From the IMG/VR virus record IMGVR_UViG_3300026078_000018: a stretch of DNA of 64,000 nucleotides, one strand, 5' to 3'. The DNA is from a virus. Position 1 is the first letter of the stretch; each line of letters opens with the position of its first letter. The notes beneath the pieces were generated by a model that saw only the letters and a list, made by a program, of their open reading frames with translations, made no database searches and was not told the DNA's origin. The translations under genes and the position numbers were made by a program. Below are positions 59,853 to 64,000 of this stretch, piece by piece.

Positions 59853-60617
59853 TCAGATGGAGTCCACGGGCGCCGTCCGGCGCGTGCTCCAGAATGGGTC
59901 GAGCACCTTGTTTAAAGCGCCACTGAGAGCGTCCCGGACACGCTCCTCGGCTACGCGGGTCTGGTGGTCTTCTTCCAGCGGCACCACGGCGACGACACCG
60001 CGCACGCTCATCAGCAGCCGCATCATCGCCTCGGCCGCGTCGTCCTCCAGCGGCTGCTGCAGAACCACTGCGTAGGCGCCGTGCAGCTCCCCGGGCGGCC
60101 CGTAGACGCTCATCGCCCACTCCACTGCTTCACGGGCGATCTCCCATGCCGCGCCGCTGTCACCCGGCTCCTCGGAGACGTGCAGCTTCGCCACGGCCTC
60201 CTGCAGCTCAGCCAGCGCATCCTTCGCCTGCTGCTCCGGCGTCGGAATACTGGCCAGCAGCTCCGGCGGCAGGGACGGCAGCAGCGCAGCCGCCAGCGCC
60301 TTCTGCTCCTGGATGTACTGCTCCTCCTCAGCGCGTGCTGCCTCGATCTGTTCGTCCGGGGTGGCCGTCGGGTCGTGCGGGGCGGTGCCGAAGATGATGT
60401 GGTGACAGACGCGGTCGCGGGTGGCCAGTTCGATGTGTTCGGCGCGCATGGCGCGATCAGCACCGATCAGCACGCCGCGCAGCAGTTCGATGCGTAGCCG
60501 GGTGGCGCCGTCGCGCAGGGCACGTTCGGCCGCGGCAGGGCTGACGAATACGGCGTCGTGCAGCCGCCGGGTGAGGATCTCCTCGCGGTCCAGGCGTCCG
60601 TCGGCGGTCTCGCTCAC
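59853..60617 (-). CDS. hypothetical protein
   Basis: C-terminal domain shared with ORFs 51764 and 46150. Confidence 0.6.
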   Translation of the reverse strand: MSETADGRLDREEILTRRLHDAVFVSPAAAERALRDGATRLRIELLRGVLIGADRAMRAEHIELATRDRVCHHIIFGTAPHDPTATPDEQIEAARAEEEQYIQEQKALAAALLPSLPPELLASIPTPEQQAKDALAELQEAVAKLHVSEEPGDSGAAWEIAREAVEWAMSVYGPPGELHGAYAVVLQQPLEDDAAEAMMRLLMSVRGVVAVVPLEEDHQTRVAEERVRDALSGALNKVLDPFWSTRRTAPVDSI

Positions 60618-61126
60618 CCGAGGCCCTCCCCTAGGGGCATGTAGGCCATCCCGGCGGCCTGCAGGAGCAGACGTCCTGCGGCGTACCAGATGGCACGTTC
60701 GGCAGTCTTGATCGGATTGAGCTCGCTGACGATCGCTGCTGCGGGCGCGCGCTCCCGGAATTCCAGGTCCACTCGCATGGCGAATGCTTTCTCGATCTCT
60801 GGGGTGGCGGCCGTCAGCATCGCCTTGATCAGCTGCTCGGCGTTGACGGAGGCGCCTGCGATATAGAGCATCCAGCGGGCCAATGTCTCGGCGACGTCGG
60901 CTTCGTCCAGGCCGGGGCGCAGCAGGGCGCGCAGGTTGGTCTCGGCGGCCATGAAGGAGGTGGTGCGGTCCAGGACTTCGGCCTTCAGCGACGGGCCGGG
61001 CTGGTATGGCTCGGTGGAGTACTGCAGGGTCTCGACGGTGGCGGCCATGTTCTGCCGGTTGATTTCGCCGATGAAGGCCCGGCGCGCCATGCCGTAGACG
61101 CCAGGCGGGATGTCGGTGTGTGTCAT
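60614..61126 (-). CDS. hypothetical protein
   Basis: ORF track; coupled to the next gene. Confidence 0.6.
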   Translation of the reverse strand: MTHTDIPPGVYGMARRAFIGEINRQNMAATVETLQYSTEPYQPGPSLKAEVLDRTTSFMAAETNLRALLRPGLDEADVAETLARWMLYIAGASVNAEQLIKAMLTAATPEIEKAFAMRVDLEFRERAPAAAIVSELNPIKTAERAIWYAAGRLLLQAAGMAYMPLGEGLG

Positions 61127-61196
61127 GGTGTTCCGTTTGTTCGAGGGGATGATGCAGGGATGCCGGGGCCATCTGGCTGACGGCCCCGGCGTGGTG

Positions 61197-62543
61197 TCAG
61201 CTGACGGTGTCGGCGCCGACCTCGACGACGGAGCGTGTGCCCCAGCCGGTTTTGGCGACGGTGAGCAGCCCGACGTAGGTCAGGACCCAGCCGAGGTACA
61301 GGTTCAGTAGGGCGTTCAGCGGGGACAGGGCGTAGGTGACCCACTGGGAGGCCCGCGACTCGTCCTGGCGGCGCAGCGACAGGAAAACGATGTTGCGCAG
61401 GTAGGACAGGAGCGTCAAGACCGCCAGCACGCCCCACGGCGCGGTGTGGGCGCGGGCCGGGGCGACGATGAGCACCATCGGCACAACGATGGCCATCCAC
61501 ACCGCTGCCAGCACATCCAGCAGGATCTTCCACCAGGCGTAGCGGTGCACCGGGAAGTTCCGCAGCATCCACACGTTGCCCCACCAGAACGACCGGGCCC
61601 AGCGGGTACGCTGCTTCGACAGGTGCCTGATACCAGTGGGGTGCAGGGTGTAGCCGAAAGCCTCCCGGGCAAACCTGGTATGGCCTTTGATCAGCGCGTA
61701 CCGGGTCAGCATCGCATCGTCACCGGAGGACACCTTGCGCCCCAGCACCCGCTGCGTCAGATAGTGGTCTAGGCGGTCCCGCAGCACCTCGGCCCGGTAC
61801 AGTGCGAACCCGCCCGCGTTGACGGTGACCGACCCCAGCCGGGAATCGGCGGCCCGGCCGGACAGGAAACTGGAGACGAACCCCAGCTCGATCAGCCGGG
61901 TCAGCAGGTTGGTGCGGTGGTTGTCACCCAGCAGCATCCCCGCCACCGACATCGTCTTCTTCCGGGCAAACGGCCGAAGCCCCAGCTCCAACGCACGCCC
62001 GTCCAGCCGCACATCAGAGTCGACGGTGACGAAGATGTCAGCCTGCGGCGACCTGCGCACACCGCGCGCCTGTGCTTCGCGTTTGCCGCGGTTGTCCTGC
62101 TGGATGAAGATGGCGTGGATGCCGGTCGGGCAGATGTTGCGCTGCCAGTATTCGAAGGCGGTCCGGCAGTCAGTCTGGGTGGATCCGTCGTCGATGACGA
62201 CGATGTCCTGCGGCCGCCGGGTCTGTTCGGATAGTGAAACCAGGGTGTAGAGCAGGTAGTCGGGGTCTTCGTTGTAGACGGGGATGATGACGGTGACGCT
62301 CAGCGCGTCCAGGCGGGCGTTGGTTGCCGCGGTGGGCGGCCGGTGGGTTGCCGCGGCCCAGTAGGTCAGGATGAGGTTCCAGCACAGGATCAGGTAGCAG
62401 ACCGCTGCGATGACGGTGACGTTGTCCCAGTGGCCGCTGGCCAGGATGGTGATGTGCCGCCAGCCCATGACCGTCAGCGCCACCGCGAGGGCGGGCAGGG
62501 CGATCGCGAGCCAGCGGCCGTGCGTGGACCGCCAGAGGGTTAC
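61197..62543 (-). CDS. processive GT2 glycosyltransferase (hyaluronan synthase / NodC-like); start codon unclear
   Basis: IPVYNE, DDGS, GKREAQ, VDSD, GDDAMLT, QRTRW (D,D,D,QxxRW) plus TM helices. Confidence 0.85.
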   Translation of the reverse strand, partial: VTLWRSTHGRWLAIALPALAVALTVMGWRHITILASGHWDNVTVIAAVCYLILCWNLILTYWAAATHRPPTAATNARLDALSVTVIIPVYNEDPDYLLYTLVSLSEQTRRPQDIVVIDDGSTQTDCRTAFEYWQRNICPTGIHAIFIQQDNRGKREAQARGVRRSPQADIFVTVDSDVRLDGRALELGLRPFARKKTMSVAGMLLGDNHRTNLLTRLIELGFVSSFLSGRAADSRLGSVTVNAGGFALYRAEVLRDRLDHYLTQRVLGRKVSSGDDAMLTRYALIKGHTRFAREAFGYTLHPTGIRHLSKQRTRWARSFWWGNVWMLRNFPVHRYAWWKILLDVLAAVWMAIVVPMVLIVAPARAHTAPWGVLAVLTLLSYLRNIVFLSLRRQDESRASQWVTYALSPLNALLNLYLGWVLTYVGLLTVAKTGWGTRSVVEVGADTVS

Positions 62544-62719
62544 CGCTGGCTGCGCGTCTTCAGCTTGTGGCTCAGGCGCAGCATCAGCGCGCCGCCCGTG
62601 ACGAGCAGCGCCGCGGCGAGCGCCCACACGGGCACGTCCACCCCCAGCACTTTCACCCCGACCAGCGTTCCGGTTGCGGCGCCCGTTTGGGCGAGGGTCT
62701 GCTTTCCGTACATCGGCAT
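62540..62719 (-). CDS. small LAxTG + TM + basic-tail peptide
   Basis: GGAAAG RBS. MPMYGKQTLAQTGA...WALAAALLVTGGALMLRLSHKLKTRSQR. Confidence 0.65.
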   Translation of the reverse strand: MPMYGKQTLAQTGAATGTLVGVKVLGVDVPVWALAAALLVTGGALMLRLSHKLKTRSQR

Positions 62720-62899
62720 TCTGCTTTCCATGGGGCTCGACGCCGGATTCAGGCGTCTGCGTGTCGGCCCCGCCATCCTGATTGGACAGCGGGGTGCGCG
62801 TACCGGACGTGTCCTGGTACGCGGCGTTCCCGGCGATCGGGATCACCAGGAAGTTTTTGGGGGTGCTCACGGAGGCCTCCAGGCCAGGTACTAATCCAG

Positions 62900-62921
62900 T
62901 ACCTACTAGTAGGTAACTAGT
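62900..62921. promoter_or_regulatory. ACTAGT-type site 5 with a perfect 16-bp palindrome
   Basis: TACCTACTAGTAGGTA (62900-62915), then ACTAGT (62916-62921). Confidence 0.65.
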
Positions 62922-63361
62922 AGTTCGTGCGCGAACAGTCAGACGGCGTGGTCGAACGGCTGGCGGTACTGGTCGAAGTGGGCCTGGATGCCGCGGTAGA
63001 GCGCCTCGGTGGCGGCGTCCACCGGCGCATCGCGATCCGGATCGGGGCTGGAGGTCGGGCGCGGCCCCAGCGGCTGCGCCACGGCCTGAAGCGGACGGCG
63101 GCGGCCGTCGAACGGCACACTGGGGGTCTGCGGCGGCATGACCTGCGGCGCATCAGCGGACGTCTGCACGACGTCCGCGGCACTGCAGGCCTGCGGAGTG
63201 GAGGTGGCGATCGGGGCGGCGCCACGGCGCCAGCGGGGACGTGCATGGGTGCCTGACATGGCAGAACCTCTCAACGAGTGTGTTACCTGTTCGCGTGGCT
63301 GTGGTGGTGCAGGTCGTACAGGTGGGCTGCCGCACCGGCTGTGCGGGGCCTGGAAGAAGGC

Positions 63362-63859
63362 TTAGCGCCGCGCCTCGGAATGCTGGCGCGCACGGGCGGT
63401 CTGGGCGGCCAAGGCCGCGGGGAGATGCAGTTCGAGGATGTCCTCGATCGGCCCGTCGAAGCCGTAGAAGACGCTGTCGGCGGTGGAGATGCCCATCGAG
63501 GACTTGAAGCGTTGTTTCGCGCAGTCCCAGAAGGCGTACCAGGGGGTGCCGTACCGTGCGGCGTCACCGCGGGTCAGATACCACCGCCCCTCCTTCCCCT
63601 TGCCGAGACGTACTGCGTACTCGGACGGGTCGACACGGCCGATGTCCTCCAGGTCCGGCAGGAACGTGAACTCGGTCGCCGCCTCCACCAGCGCCGCCAG
63701 CCGCCGGTTCTGCGCGGCCAGCTCGGCAAACGTCACGCCGCCGGGCGGCAGCCCCTGCGTGCACCGGGGGCACTCGGGGTTCTCGGCCACCTTCTGCATG
63801 CCGACACCGATGTCCACGTACTCGCACCAGCACTCCGGCTCCGCAGCCTGCCCGCTCAT
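63362..63859 (-). CDS. hypothetical protein
   Basis: CWCEYVDIGVG.Q......CP.C N-terminal motif. Confidence 0.55.
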   Translation of the reverse strand: MSGQAAEPECWCEYVDIGVGMQKVAENPECPRCTQGLPPGGVTFAELAAQNRRLAALVEAATEFTFLPDLEDIGRVDPSEYAVRLGKGKEGRWYLTRGDAARYGTPWYAFWDCAKQRFKSSMGISTADSVFYGFDGPIEDILELHLPAALAAQTARARQHSEARR

Positions 63860-64000
63860 CGGACGTACTCCCGGCCCAGCCGGTGCGCGTCGGCGCGCGC
63901 CCGGCTGTACTTGAGCTTGCCGGTGCAGATCTTCTCCCCGCAGGAGCAGGTGATCAGCCATTCGTGGCGGCGCGGGCATTTGCCGTGGTCGCACAGCCTC

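Overview
This GC-rich window looks like part of a large actinobacterial phage or prophage with a Bxz1/cluster-C-like head module. The first ~9.3 kb are structural: the end of a large head-associated polyprotein carrying two ART-like repeats, a probable scaffold, a head decoration protein, the major capsid protein, and a collagen/beta-helix fibre. The remaining ~55 kb are a dense accessory region of small ORFs. The strongest signal is at 23645-23826: two back-to-back CRISPR mini-arrays (repeat-spacer-repeat) with type I-E repeat geometry, two different repeat families, their own promoter and terminator, and no cas gene in the window. Directly after them is a tRNA-like RNA whose anticodon loop is replaced by a ~65-nt structured insert. 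Other notable items: (1) an acr-aca-like locus at 35.1-38.4 kb, with two promoters carrying nested palindromes and an Aca2/DUF1870-like HTH at the end; (2) two tandem DUF3626-like proteins whose C-terminal 'ARGYW' domain also occurs as a stand-alone gene; (3) an ATP-grasp RiPP precursor and maturase pair; (4) a MazF-like toxin-antitoxin pair; (5) a PAPS-reductase-family gene; (6) a GT2 polysaccharide synthase; (7) several long structured intergenic RNA candidates; (8) tandem NrdR-like boxes before the capsid operon; (9) a family of ACTAGT-marked promoters. All family names come from recognising motifs by eye. No database search was run.
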